64,000 nucleotides of DNA from Camelus dromedarius. Its lineage: Eukaryota. Positions within the stretch are counted from its first letter, which is position 1. The number at the start of each line of letters is the position of its first letter. Positions 41,028 through 53,760 of this stretch are shown here, piece by piece. Both the position numbers and the translations under genes were made by a program. The notes beneath the pieces are model-generated. The model was not told where the DNA came from. It ran no database searches and saw nothing but the letters and a program-made list of their open reading frames with translations. The stretch lies in contig NC_087436.1 of the NCBI RefSeq assembly GCF_036321535.1, forward strand, positions 69,814,001-69,878,000. The letters are read 5' to 3'.

Positions 41028-41584
41028 TGTGATACGCAGAATAATGCCCCCCAAAGATGTCTCTGCCCTGATCCCTGGAAGCCATGAATATGTTATTCTC
41101 CATGGCAAAAGGGACTTTGCATTCATGATTAAGATGAAAGACTTTAAAACGGTGAGAGCAGCTTAGGTTATGCACGTGAGCCCAATTTACGCACATAAAT
41201 CCTTAAAAGTAGACAAGGAAGGCAGAAGAGTAAGCCAGAGATATGACACCTAAAGGACTCAACTGAGTCTGAAGATGCAGGAAGCGGGTCGTGAGCCAAA
41301 GAATGTAGCAGCCTCTGAAAGTCAGCAACAGCTCTCAGTTTATAGGCAAAAGGAAATGGGCCTCTCAGCTCTACAACCACACAGAACTGAATTCTGTCAA
41401 CAACCCAAATGAGCAGGAAACAGATTTTCCCCTAGAGCCTTTGAAGAACAATACAGCCAGCTGACACCTTGCTGTCAGTCTGGTGAAACCCACCAGATTA
41501 TTTTAAGTATAATATAATAAAGCTGTGGTTTTTAAGCCACTAAATCTATAATACTTTGTTATGGCAGAATGGAAAACTAATACA
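41028..41584 (+). mobile_element. MaLR LTR (MLT1D-like)
   Basis: TG...CA ends, with aataatgccccccaaagatgtc and ggaaaactaataca terminal motifs. Confidence 0.8.
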
Positions 41585-41954
41585 GTAAAGTTCTATAGTT
41601 TTCAGAGTAGAGCTTGAACATATTATTAGATGAATTAAGTATTTTGGGTTTTTTAATATTATCATAAATGAAAATTGTTTTTAAACTTTATATTCTCTTT
41701 GTTGCTGATATATAGAGAGATACAATTGATTTTGTACATTAACACTTTATACAATGACATCAGTAAATTCACTTAGTGATTCCAACCATTTTCCTATGTA
41801 TTTGTCTGAATTTTCCACCTGAACAAACATGTTTGCAACTGATCAGAGTTTCATTTCTTTCTTCCCGGTCTTTGATTTTTCTTCATTCCTTAGTGCTCTG
41901 ACAAAGACCTCCAATATAATATTGTGTACAAATAGCGATCAGGCATTGCTATGC

Positions 41955-42830
41955 AGTAATACATAGATAATACAGATGTGGGTACCTGGGAGTGGGGTAC
42001 TGCTGTCACAATACCTAAAAATGTGGTAGTGGCTTTGGAACCAGACTATGAACAGAGGCTGGAAGGATATTAAGGAGCATGTTAGAGAAGTCCTAAATTT
42101 CTTGAATAGACAGTAGAAATAAACACTTTAAGGACATAAGGACACTGCTGGTGATGAGTCAGAAGGAAGTGAGGGCAAATGATTGGAAACTAGAGGCAGG
42201 TATCTTCATCTCCTGAATTTACTGGGAAATTAGAAAATATGCCTAGTGACTGGATGATCTAGCTAAGATCCCCACCCCACCCCCCACATTGTTAAAGGTG
42301 TGCCTGTTTTTCTCTCACTGCTTATAATACACAGGAGAATAGAAATAAATTATAAATCAAGGGACAGACTGTGAAAAAGAGTTGATTGTTCTGCAAATTC
42401 TCAGCCTCTACAGACAGCAAGATAGGCTAAACTTAATGAAATGGCTTCCAAACAAAGTTCAAATCCAAGGCACCATCTGAAAAATTTGATCTAGATATAA
42501 AACCAACAGTATAATTTTTTGTTAAGACCTCAGCACAAAAGTACTTCCAAGTACTCCTCAGTCACACAGAGAGCCCTTTAAAAGATTAAGTATGTGCCTC
42601 ACAGAGCTTCTCAATCAAACAGGAAGTTCTCTAGGAAGCTTAAGGATGCTGTTTCTTAGTCATCTCAGCAGGAAGTCAAAGTAGGTTGGGGTGTAATCTT
42701 AAACAGATTTGAGTGACACTTTTATTTAAAAGAATGAATCTTAGTAAGATTGACAAGAGATTCATGAAGTTTTTGAGAGAATTATATCAGCAAAACACCA
42801 CCAGCTTGAACTGAACTCAGAACAATTGCC
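41955..42830 (+). mobile_element. MaLR (MLT) internal sequence
   Basis: taatacagatgtgggtacctgggagtggggtactgct...aatgtggtagtggctttggaac is typical of the start of MLT-int. Confidence 0.65.
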
Positions 42831-45800
42831 CAAGTGTAAGTGGAGAATGGACTGGAGCAACTACCTTAAACAGCAATTATTTGCAGTTAAACTTTAAGTT
42901 AATAATCCCAGTGAGATGGGTGGATAACAAACCCAGGTTATAAGGCCTAGGACAGGATAGAGAGATCTGCCTAGATAATTCTGAAATTTTTATTTGAATT
43001 AACCATCCTTCCTCTAAGTATTATAAAAAGTAGCATCTCTAGAAAACAGCACTCCTTATAAACGTTATTCTTTACAAAATTTGCCTGGGCCTATTTTAGG
43101 GAACAGCAAAACTAATTTTTTCCAGTGATCTCCAAAGCCTAGTTTGTTGTTGTTGTTAATTAGATCTGTTTTCTAATTCAAATTTACCTAGATGTTGGGC
43201 TCCTCCTACTTTAGTATCTGCAGTGTTCTCTTGTCTGCCCAAGCTGTAGATTGGCTGATTGCTGGATGTTCTGAGTAGCAGTCTCTTGTTTGGTTCTCCA
43301 GACTAGTATTGGGAGCAAGGGCTTTGGTTCCCCTCAACTGCAAAGGCCCCACAGGCATTTTTGATTCTTGGTAAACTGATCTTTATTCAAATGGAAATAG
43401 GAAAATAATTATTCTGTGTCATGGAATTGAATGTACATCAAAATGACCTGGAAATTGCAAGGCCCACACCTGGCTTTACCATTGAGCTGAGTCTCTTCCT
43501 GTACCTCCAAACCCACTCTCCCTCTTTCCCAATCTGCTTTCTGGCCCAGGGGGCTCACCTGTGTGAAGTAACTCAGTATACTCCTTGCCTTCATTTTTTC
43601 TTCTTAGATTCAGCTAATTAGTGAACACCAGTATGGAAAGAAAGGAGAAACTCACTCCCTGACTACCTTACCATTTTCAGGATGAAATAAGAATGAATGG
43701 TTGAATACCTAGGTATAGAGGCAGGGTAAGAAAAGACTATTAGTTGGAAAAATATATTAATATAGAACCAGTGGAAGCTACACAGCTCTTCTGTCAAGAG
43801 AAATACGAACATACAGAAATTAACACAAAAAAATGAACTCTAAATTTCTCTTAAAGGAGATCATACAGAGATCTACATACTATTTTCATCACTAACCACA
43901 TTATAAAGTCATAGAGATTTTAGAAAAATAATGATTTTTAAAATTTTACTACAAGTAAATTTTACTTTAAGTAAATTTACTTCAACACTATTAAATTAAG
44001 AGGGCAAATAGTTTGAAAAATCTGTGACTGGAAATGTGGTATCTCATTACTTCAGAAAATTATCATACTGAGAGTTAAATTATACATGTTTGAATTCTGA
44101 CTTATTTATTCATTCAACAAACATTTACTAGCTTAACTTATAAATTATTGGGGGAATCATGTTTTATCAATTCTTGAACAGGCCATAATTTTGTGATCTT
44201 GGTGATAATTTTGAGTTGAATGATGATGACTGAGTGAAGAAAACATAAGATAATTATAAATGCAAAATATATTTTAAAATTTACACTGAGATTAATTGAA
44301 ACAAAATTATATTTTCTGTAATTTGCATATGCACATATATATCAGAATGAAGATATGTCTACTTAGTACATTTCCTTGTTCTTCAAATGACACTATAACT
44401 ACAAATTCTCACCTAGTTGTGAATTGCTAATCACTGCTCAGAATTAACCTAAGACTATAGTTTCTATTTATCCAACCACTTTTATCCTTCCTTCAGAAGT
44501 ATATGATACGTTTACTTTCCTTTCAAATCTTCTACCAAGCAATCATTTTACATTGTCTTGATTTTTCTAAACATTATATTTTAGGACAGATGCTCAAGTT
44601 GGTCTGAAACTTCCTTCTCTAACTATTAGATATGAGAGCCACGTGCATGTCAGCATTTTTTCTCCTACTTTTTTCAAAACAACCTGATAGAAATATATCT
44701 AAGGTCATATTAATAATTTGATAGGAATATGTCCAGGTATTTATTATCTAATTTAATCTTCACTAGTGTTTAAATGTTAAATGATTAGTAATCTCATTTT
44801 TCTATATCAGTAACATGTTAATAACTGTGTAATACAAGTTAATGATAACCCAAGGAGTTTGGTTTAATTTTCTAAAACTTCCTAAATACCCTTGAGTTCA
44901 CATTAGAGAAGGCATGAATAATTTTTACATAAACATAGAGTTTATAATGTTACTTGATAAAATTTCTATTTAAGGACTTTCCTTAACAAAGTTAGGTATA
45001 AACTCAAACTTAGGGAATATACAGAACAAGGTTATTAACCTCCAAAGTCCTACTGCATTCCAATATTCAGTCAAAATGAAAACCATAAATGAGAATACCT
45101 AAAATAATATTTACTTCATAAACAAGAGTGTTTTGATTAGTGTTCCAAAGTAATGACAAACATAAAAATGAAAAAAGACAAATCTTATTATGAGTCAAAT
45201 CAGTGTATTAATCATAAGTATATATAATTTTATTAACTTTAAAGTGATTACTTCAATTCATCAATTCATGGAAAAGACAATATTGTGTATTGTTATTGCA
45301 CAACCCTTATTATGACACTGATTATCATGCAGGCACCCAGTCATTCAAGTACAGCCAAACCCTGACTTCTGATCTTCATGAGGTTTTTAGATGAAAAAGG
45401 GAATGGAGAAAGTTTGTCTAAAAGAAGTGGCTCAGTGGAAACATACTTGCTCTGTTAACCAGATAGCAATGGATCAAAGCCACTTTTTTCTGTTTGTGTT
45501 ATACTCTTACCAGCAAATCCTTAGACTTTCAAAGCAGGAACTGGGTCTGTCCTATTCCTATTGAATCCAACAAGAGTGAATGTTCACTAAATAGCTGTTG
45601 AATGAATAATTAACTCAGAGTTATTATTTCATATTTAGTAATGTTGAGATTTAAAGTCATACTAAATATATCTATAAGTAACATTATTAGAAAAACTCAA
45701 AACATTAATAAATTATAAACAATATTGTCACACAGATCTATAGAGTTCACAAAGTAAATGAATATTCTAATTTAATTCTAATATGAACTCACTTATAATA

Positions 45801-46999
45801 AAATAAATAAAACAGGAATGATTCTCAACTTACAGATAAGAAAATGGCATTTACAAATAAGTTTACCCAGGTCACACAGTAATAAAATGACAGAGCTAGG
45901 AGTTAAATCTAGGCCTGTGATTCCAGGTTTTGTGCTCTTTTTACCATTCTAGAATTGCCTTTAGAATGTTTGTGCAATTTTTTCTCAAATACACTGGTGA
46001 TTTCTCACAGCTATATTTGTTCAGAAGCAGCTCATTTGCCATTGGTTCTGGTATGTGTTTCAACATAGATGAATATGTAAAAATGGTAAATAAATCAGTA
46101 TAAAATTAATAAAAACAAGTATGACAAATGAAAATTATCTATATTTCTCATTGCATGATCACAGCAATTGAAAAAGTATTCAGAAAGAAGATTACTAGGT
46201 AATTGGATGTGTTCTCTTAAAATTGGGGGGATTCTAAGTCATAAGGGTTGCAAGGAAAGGGAATGGGTGTGTAGTGGGGTAGACATATTTCACAAATCTC
46301 TGTAACATTGACACTTCGAGTTTATATGCTTAAATGTGTTCTAACTCAACGGAGGCGAGATTATTTATATCCTTTTATTATATTTTTTCAGACATTTATC
46401 TCTATTTCTATAAAACTTTGGAGTATTGAAGCAAATAGCAAAAAGTGAAATTGATCAAATTCTAAAAATTTGGAAACACATAATATATAAATTATTTCAT
46501 AATTACAAATAAGAAATTGATGCATAGTTTTCTTAGAATGGGTGATATACATAGAAGCTATAGTTTTAACTTATGAATTTTGTCAACTATCAGAGTTTAT
46601 CATTACCCCTTCTAAGTAAAATATAAGGTAGAGTTCTCAATGCTGGGACAAAAAAATCCAAAGGGCAAATGTTTCAAGATTAAACTGAAATGGGACTACA
46701 TATGCAATTTTTTTTCCTAGCCCCCACTCTCTACAAGAACTAATAGGCGAAAAGTAGGCAGTACAAAGGGAAGGCATGGTTGCTTTATTAGATGGAAGAA
46801 TCATTCAATCAGTTCTCTGTACACCTGCAGGCATCAAGTCTTAGAGGCACTGGCTGGATCAAGAAGAAGCAAGCCCTGACCAAGATCCAAAAGAGGCACC
46901 CCTCTGAAGGTAATTGTGTGGATAATGCCAGTGCTTATAGGGCACTCTTACTCCAGATTCTTCTTTTCTGTTTTAACTAATGCCTACTTTTTTAATCAA

Positions 47000-47500
47000 G
47001 AAGTGGCTAGGGAGCACTAATGAATTAGTTCAGTTTTGGACAGGCTACATTAAAGATGCAATGGTACAACCAAATGGAGGTGTTCAAGAGATACGAGTTT
47101 TGATCAATAAGCTTAGATGTTAGTGTATGGATGGAGGCTGTTTCCAAGTGGCTGCAGAAACTCACACAGGCCATTGCAATTGAGTGAGGAAAAGACAGGA
47201 CTGATGCCAGAACCCAAATGTGGGTAAGGAAGAAAGAAAATCCATGAATGAACCTAAAAAAGAACTTCAGATAAGTATAAAGAAAGCCAGGGTAAGGTGG
47301 CTTCACAAAAGCCAAAAGAAGAAGGAAGGACTCAAGTCAAACTCTAGACAGAATGCCAGCCTGAAGATAAGAACTAAATAAGACTGGGTTACTCCAATTT
47401 CTAGATGGAATCAAAACCCTTATTGCTGTGGACTGTGTAATAGAATATGTAAAGGCCTTCGAGGAAGAAAGGAGTATCATAAGCAATACACAGACAGACA

Positions 47501-47536
<36 letters not shown>

Positions 47537-48130
47537 GAGACCAAGAGAGACGTGACTGAAGAACAGTGAGAAGTGAGCTGCAAAGGACTTTATAAGTCAC
47601 TTGAAGAATGTTTTTTCTTTAGGATAAAGAACAATGGGAAACCAGTGAAAGGTTTCAACCAGGGGACTACAGCAATCAGATTTGTACTTCATTAAAAATT
47701 ATGTTGATTTAATTAAAAGCAGGGCTGTGGCTCAGTTAAGAGACTGCTTTTGTGATCATGAAAATTCCAGGGGGTCAGGAGCATTGTACTGCTCTTCCCT
47801 CTGTCCCCACCTCCTAGAACAATGTGTATTACATAACGGGAAATCACTAACTGTGTGCTGAGCTGAGAGGCCCAAGTAAAATACGGTACTAAGTTGGATA
47901 GGATACTGTTGGTGAAGATGAAGACAGGTGAACTGATTCAAAACACTGTCTAAGAAGCAAAATATAGGGAGGATTTAGTGATTGATAGACATGGGAGAAT
48001 GAAAGGGAAGTCAAGATTGATTTAGGATTCTGGCTTACACTAACAACTGGGTGAATAATGTGCCATTCACTGAAAAGGGGAATACTTGGATGGAATGTTT
48101 TATTGGGAAAGACAATGACATAAACTGATT
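47000..48130 (-). mobile_element. LINE-2 fragments with an internal (CA)n tract (about 47490-47533)
   Basis: gttcagttttggacaggc and gtgccattcactgaaaaggggaatac are L2-type motifs. Confidence 0.55.
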
Positions 48131-48169
48131 CAATTCAGGCTCAAACTGAAACACCAAATGGTTGCACAG

Positions 48170-48401
48170 TCTGACAGATTTGCAGATACTAACTATATAT
48201 AAAATAAACAACAAGGTCCTACTGCAAAAAACAAACAAACAAAGGTCCTACTGCATCGCACAGGGAACTGTATTCAATACCTTGTAATGGCCTATAACAA
48301 AAAAGAGTATGAAAAGGAATATATACGTGTATATATAAATGAATCACTATGCAGAAATTAACACAACACTGTAAATCGACTATACTTCAAAAAAAAAAAA
48401 A
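48170..48401 (+). mobile_element. LINE-1 3' end with poly(A)
   Basis: aacaaggtcctactgca (locally duplicated), cagggaactgtattcaatacc and an A-tail. Confidence 0.8.
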
Positions 48402-49110
48402 GATGACTTGTGACAATTTAAAAAAATTCTAAAAGTTGATCTGTTGGCACTGATGGCCAGTAAGCTAAGGGTCCCACAATCATTCTCACATGCCACGTGC
48501 TACTAGAGACCAGCTCATTTTTATTGAACTTCCTTAAGATAATTCCTCAGATAGTACAGTCTGTCTGTATTTTCCATTTTCCTTTCACAAAATTCTGGTA
48601 TCAGAAATCTTTTTCTTCTGTATATTCATCTTAATAATCTGGCATCAAAGACATATCATAGACTCTCCATGCACACAACTGTCTTATATTAGGAAGAACA
48701 ACATAGTGTTCTTCAAAACTAGATTAATATAGGTCAGAAATAGATTTCATCATTCAAGACCTTTAACTATGTTTACCTCATCTGAAAATCATTTATCAAT
48801 AGGAGAAGTACTTAATAATGTTTATAAAGTATTTTCAGAACAGGTATAAAATCCTATAGCCCAGAAACTATATACTGGAGGGAGTAGGAGAGCAAAAGCC
48901 AAACAGCATCATAGAATCTCAGGATTTTCTGGAAACTGTCCTTGAAACACAATAATACATAGAGCACTATGTCACCCATCAGACATACAGGAGCTGAGTT
49001 CCATGAAGCTGACCTCTCAACTTAATAGCACTATTCCTAGAACTCTGTTTGAGCCACAGCTCCTACAATTTTCCTAAATTATTATGGGAGCTGGGAAGGG
49101 AAGGAGAAGT

Positions 49111-49113
<3 letters not shown>

Positions 49114-49154
<41 letters not shown>
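49114..49154. repeat. (TG)n microsatellite
   Basis: Direct reading. Confidence 0.95.
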
Positions 49155-49156
<2 letters not shown>

Positions 49157-52100
49157 CACATGTGTGCACACAATGAGTGAATAACAGGGAGGTGAGGAAT
49201 TTTTTTTTTGTAGTTGTTGCTGTGTATTTTAATGCATTTTTTAAAATAAAAGTTTTAATTATGAAAATTTTCAAACTTACAGAAAAGCATAGAAAATATG
49301 TTTTCAGGCATGCATTTAACAAATGTTAAGCTTATACCATATACGCTTCAGAGAGCTCTATGCCCGTTTATTTTTAAAGAAATATTAGATACGAAGTCCC
49401 TCCCTCTTTTCTTTTTCTTTCTTCCTTATTTAGTTAATCAATTTCCTATAATTGGTGTATATCATTTCTGTAGTATGTTTTTATGCATAAACATTTATAT
49501 ATTCATAAACAATATATCATATATTTGTTTTGTTTAACAAAACAAAAATATATTGTTTATCATTGATGGATGAATATGTAAGTAGAGAAAAACAAACAAA
49601 AAAAGATATGTTGTTTATGGACACATAGACATGTAGTGATAGTATAGAATAGCTTGTCCCTCCCTTTCTCCCCCACCATGTATGTGTGTGTGTGTGTCTA
49701 TTTGCAACTTATTTTTTCACGCATCATGCATATTCCTACATGTAGCACAAATAGTTAATTTTAAACTTCTGTATACTGTTTCATTAGTGAATAAACACCA
49801 GCATATTCATTAACCTACTAATGAGCAATCAGGATGTTTCTAATTTTTTTCTATTACAAATGATTCTCAGTAAACATCCTTTTATGCACGTTTTCTTGTG
49901 TACATGGATGAGAGTTTATTTAGATTATAAACATGCAGAGTGGTAAGGATGTCTTTGGTTTCCCTGGGTAGTTCTAATTTCTCTGTAAAATTGTCATGTA
50001 ACTCTCAGCATCAATATATGAGAGGCTCCAGTGTCTCCAGATTCGCCCTCATACCTACTATTGTCTTCTAAATTTCACTGATATCATGCATATAGAATGG
50101 GTAACTCATTCTTTCAATTTGTAATTCCCTTTTTACCAGTGAGTTTTGGTACCTTTTTTATATTTATTAGCTTTTTAGGTTTCTTATTCTCTGAAGTACC
50201 TGTTCATAAAGGTTTTTTAGAACAGCAGTCAATTGGAATTTCAAAAGTATTCAACCTTAATTATCCAGACACACTAACTTCTTTTTGAATGGGCTCAATA
50301 TATTTTGTACTTTGAGAAGTAGTTTTCAGAGGAATCATATTTACAGTGATATGTGGATATTTTAAGATTAGAAAAGGGCATTCATGAGAGCTGAGCTCTT
50401 TCAAGGTGGAGAAAAATCAACTTTATGTACACAAGTCACCAAAAATAATGTTATTGACTGTTCTATTCTACTGGAACTTTAATCATCTACCTTATTTTTT
50501 TGGTAGTCTCGATTTTTTTCCACCTCCTGTGTTTTCTTCCCAAGTTCCTATACTTCTCTCAACAACTGATCAATATTATTTTGCATACACTCAACACATT
50601 GGTGAGGAATTTCTTAATCATTATAATTCTTTCTGGAAAATGAAGCTTTCCTGTTAAGTGAGAATTTTTTTAATAGTAGTTTCATTAACAAACCAAATGG
50701 AAAAACCTAATTTTAGTGGTTTCAAATAATAATGGTGTCTTCAAAAAAATATATATATATATATGCATCTTAATTTTACATCCAATTTTCAGTTCAACTT
50801 TAGGAAAAGAATTTTTTTCTTTATTATTAAAATTGCTACTAAAACTTTAGTTTTGTGTTACTGGGCAGTTTGATAAAACTCATTCCCTCATTGTCAAGCA
50901 CATAACAATTCCTTCCTCTTGTTTCTTTATGTATAGGAGTTAAAAGGACAAGTTGAAGACTGTAATCCTGACTGGGCTTATCCTGGTCTTTGCCATTTGT
51001 TTTCCGGTAAGATTCTATATACTTGAAAACTAGAAGAACTACCTAAAATTGAAAGCTATATAACACTGAAATGGAGGTCACAGTGAGATTATGTATTTTT
51101 AAAAACAGGACAGAGTCACATGAGATGGAAAGAAACAGAAACAATTACCCTCTTTTTCTAATATCCATGGAAATATGCCCATTCAAAATCACTTGGAATC
51201 TGAGGAGAAGGGGCAAAGCATGGGGAAGTGTGGAAGGGAAATGAAGAGAGAAAAAGAGGGAGAGAGAGCAGAGGCATGGCTATTAATTGAGGAGGGTAAA
51301 GTGTGAGAACTCTCCACATAAATTTGGAGGAGTAGAACTAGACTTGCAAAGAAATCACCCAGACTCCCACTTCTCTTTAAGGTCCATGTCTACCCACCAC
51401 CTACATTTTAAGGAGATTCCCCTCCCAATTTTGTTTTTCACTCAACCTCTGGGTCTATTATCACATTCTTATCATCAAAAGCTGTAATATGTTCCTCCAC
51501 TTAAGATATAACTACAAAAAGGAAGATGGTAAGAGGGTCTCTTTTATTAACATCTAAAATAAACAACTGTATTTCACATATTTGACTTATCTGGAACATA
51601 ACTTGTGCAAATAGGTTTTTAATGTACAAGAGCCTGGGTCTCTTGAATTTTATGGCCTTTTGCTTTTCTCTTTTATACCTCTTGCCTTCTGCTCTTGTGA
51701 TTCAATTACATGCTATTCACTAGTTCCTTATATCTCCATCTGATCAGAGAGCACAGTATCCGCTATTTTTAGAACTATATGTGATCTTCAAGTGTCTGTT
51801 CAATTCTGTTTAACCTACCATGTTTCATTCCAAGGATCCTTTCCTTTTCTGCCATCATTATCATTTCCTTGCAAAATTGTTCCCACAGTATTCAGTCCCT
51901 CAAAGTTTTTATAAGCAAGAGAAATAGCTTTTTGTTGTATTTTTTAATACCTAACTTTCTGAATTCAACACCAAATATTTCTCCTTTACATAATTTCTAA
52001 ACTGGAGTTTAGCTATAACGCTTTCATTGACATTCATGTAACATAGTTGTCTCTGTGATTTTTTTCATTAATTCCTAAAGGACATGACAATGATTTTACT

Positions 52101-52729
52101 CTGCAGTTTTTAAGGGAAAAACAAGTTGTCAGAAATTTAGTGGTAGTATTTTACAGAATCAACTAATTGGATTTCCCCAAATTTTATTTCTACATTTGGT
52201 TGGGTTTTCCTGGATTTTCTAAGTAAATACACTAAGCATTGAAAGTCATACCCAGGTACCTTCTCTAATCATCCACATATTGTGCCTTGTTATTTTAAAT
52301 TTATAGTGCAATTTATTCTAAATTTGTCTGACACTCAAAACCAAAACACCTCCTAGCTTTAAAAGTAGACCAGTTTCTGAAATTAAAATGAGAATACAAA
52401 ACAATAATTGACTGATTGTTTGATTTGGTAATATTTTCTTTTCTCTCCCCCTGCAGTTCAGTGAGAGTCAGCAACCGCGGCATCGAGCAACAGGAAAGAC
52501 AGTCAACAGTCGACCAGCGCTAAGCTCCCCTGCCAGGGCATCACAAAGTAGATCTTCATCGACCCAGGTCATTAGGAAACCTCAAGCCCTTTCTTGTGCC
52601 TCTGCCGGATCTATACCAACTAACAAAGCAGCCAGCCAATTACCTTCAAATCTGAGGACATCAAGCAAAAAGAAAAAGCCATCACAAAGACAAAATCTAC
52701 AAGGCAAGCCTAAGAAAAGTACATTGACC

Positions 52730-53760
52730 TCTGCCAAGAAAGGGTTGATCCCCCATTCATCTGGTCTAACAAGACGAACTATTCCACTGAAGGCAAGCAA
52801 AACTCTCAAACAGCCTAAAAAACGTCAAAAGACAACTGCCAAGAAACAGTCAAAACGGACTGCAGCAGCACCAAAATCATCCTCAGCCATAAAGAAAAGC
52901 CAAAATGCATCTGAAAAATGCCTGTCCACTTCTAGCAAGAAGCAGCTGAATCTCCCAAGAAAGGCTAAGGCTGCTTCAAAAAGAACTTCAGCTAGGAAGA
53001 AAAGTCCACAAAAATCCAAGAAAATCCAGTCTACACCTGCTAAGAAACAGTTAAAACAACCCACAATTGGAACAGCTCCAAAAACATCTCTACCTAATAA
53101 GAAATCTAAAGCCTTGTCTGTATTATCCAAAAAACAATCATCTAAGTCCACAGCAATAAAAGCTTCCCCACAAACTTCTCCAACCTCAAAGAAAAGACCA
53201 AGTAAATCTCACAAAACTCTGTATTCATCTGCCAGGAAAAACCAGAAGCAGGCAAAAGAAGTTAGAACAGTCCCCAAAAAAAGTGTGGCCAAAAAGAAAA
53301 TTCTAAAGAAACAAAAAAATAAACAATTAACTTCAGTCAAAAAAAAAAAAAAAGGGCAACTAAGAGGACAACAGCAACGAGATCAGCTCCTAAAGCCAGA
53401 AAGAAAAATCTAACTAAATCTAAAAAGGCAGCATCTGCATCTGCCAAGAAAAGTCTCAATCAGCCAAAAGAAGTTGCAACAAAAAGGAAAACCTCTATAG
53501 CCAAGAGAACCTTTACTGCACCTGCCAACAAACAGGTGAATCAGCCTAACGCACTAAATCAGTGCTAAAAACACAAACAGCCTCAAAGAAAAGACCACGT
53601 AAATCTGAAAGCTCCTTGCCTAAAACTGCCAGGAAGCATTCAAATCAAGCAAAAGAACGCAAACCTCCAGCTCTCAAAAAAACTCTGGCCAAAAAGAAAA
53701 AACCTAACAAAATTTAAACCAGTTGCCAAAACACAGTCTAAATCTGCTCCAGCAGAACCA
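52730..53760 (+). repeat. Degenerate ~100-nt coding tandem repeat in the Lys-rich region of gene B
   Basis: A ctgccaagaaa-like motif (SAKKQ) recurs near 52731, 52836, 52931, 53037, 53229, 53441, 53522, 53626 and 53724. Confidence 0.65.

Noticed and set aside
52724..53413. Histone H1 gene or retrocopy
   Set aside because: Only compositional similarity; no globular winged-helix domain, and the frame is spliced to a signal-peptide exon.
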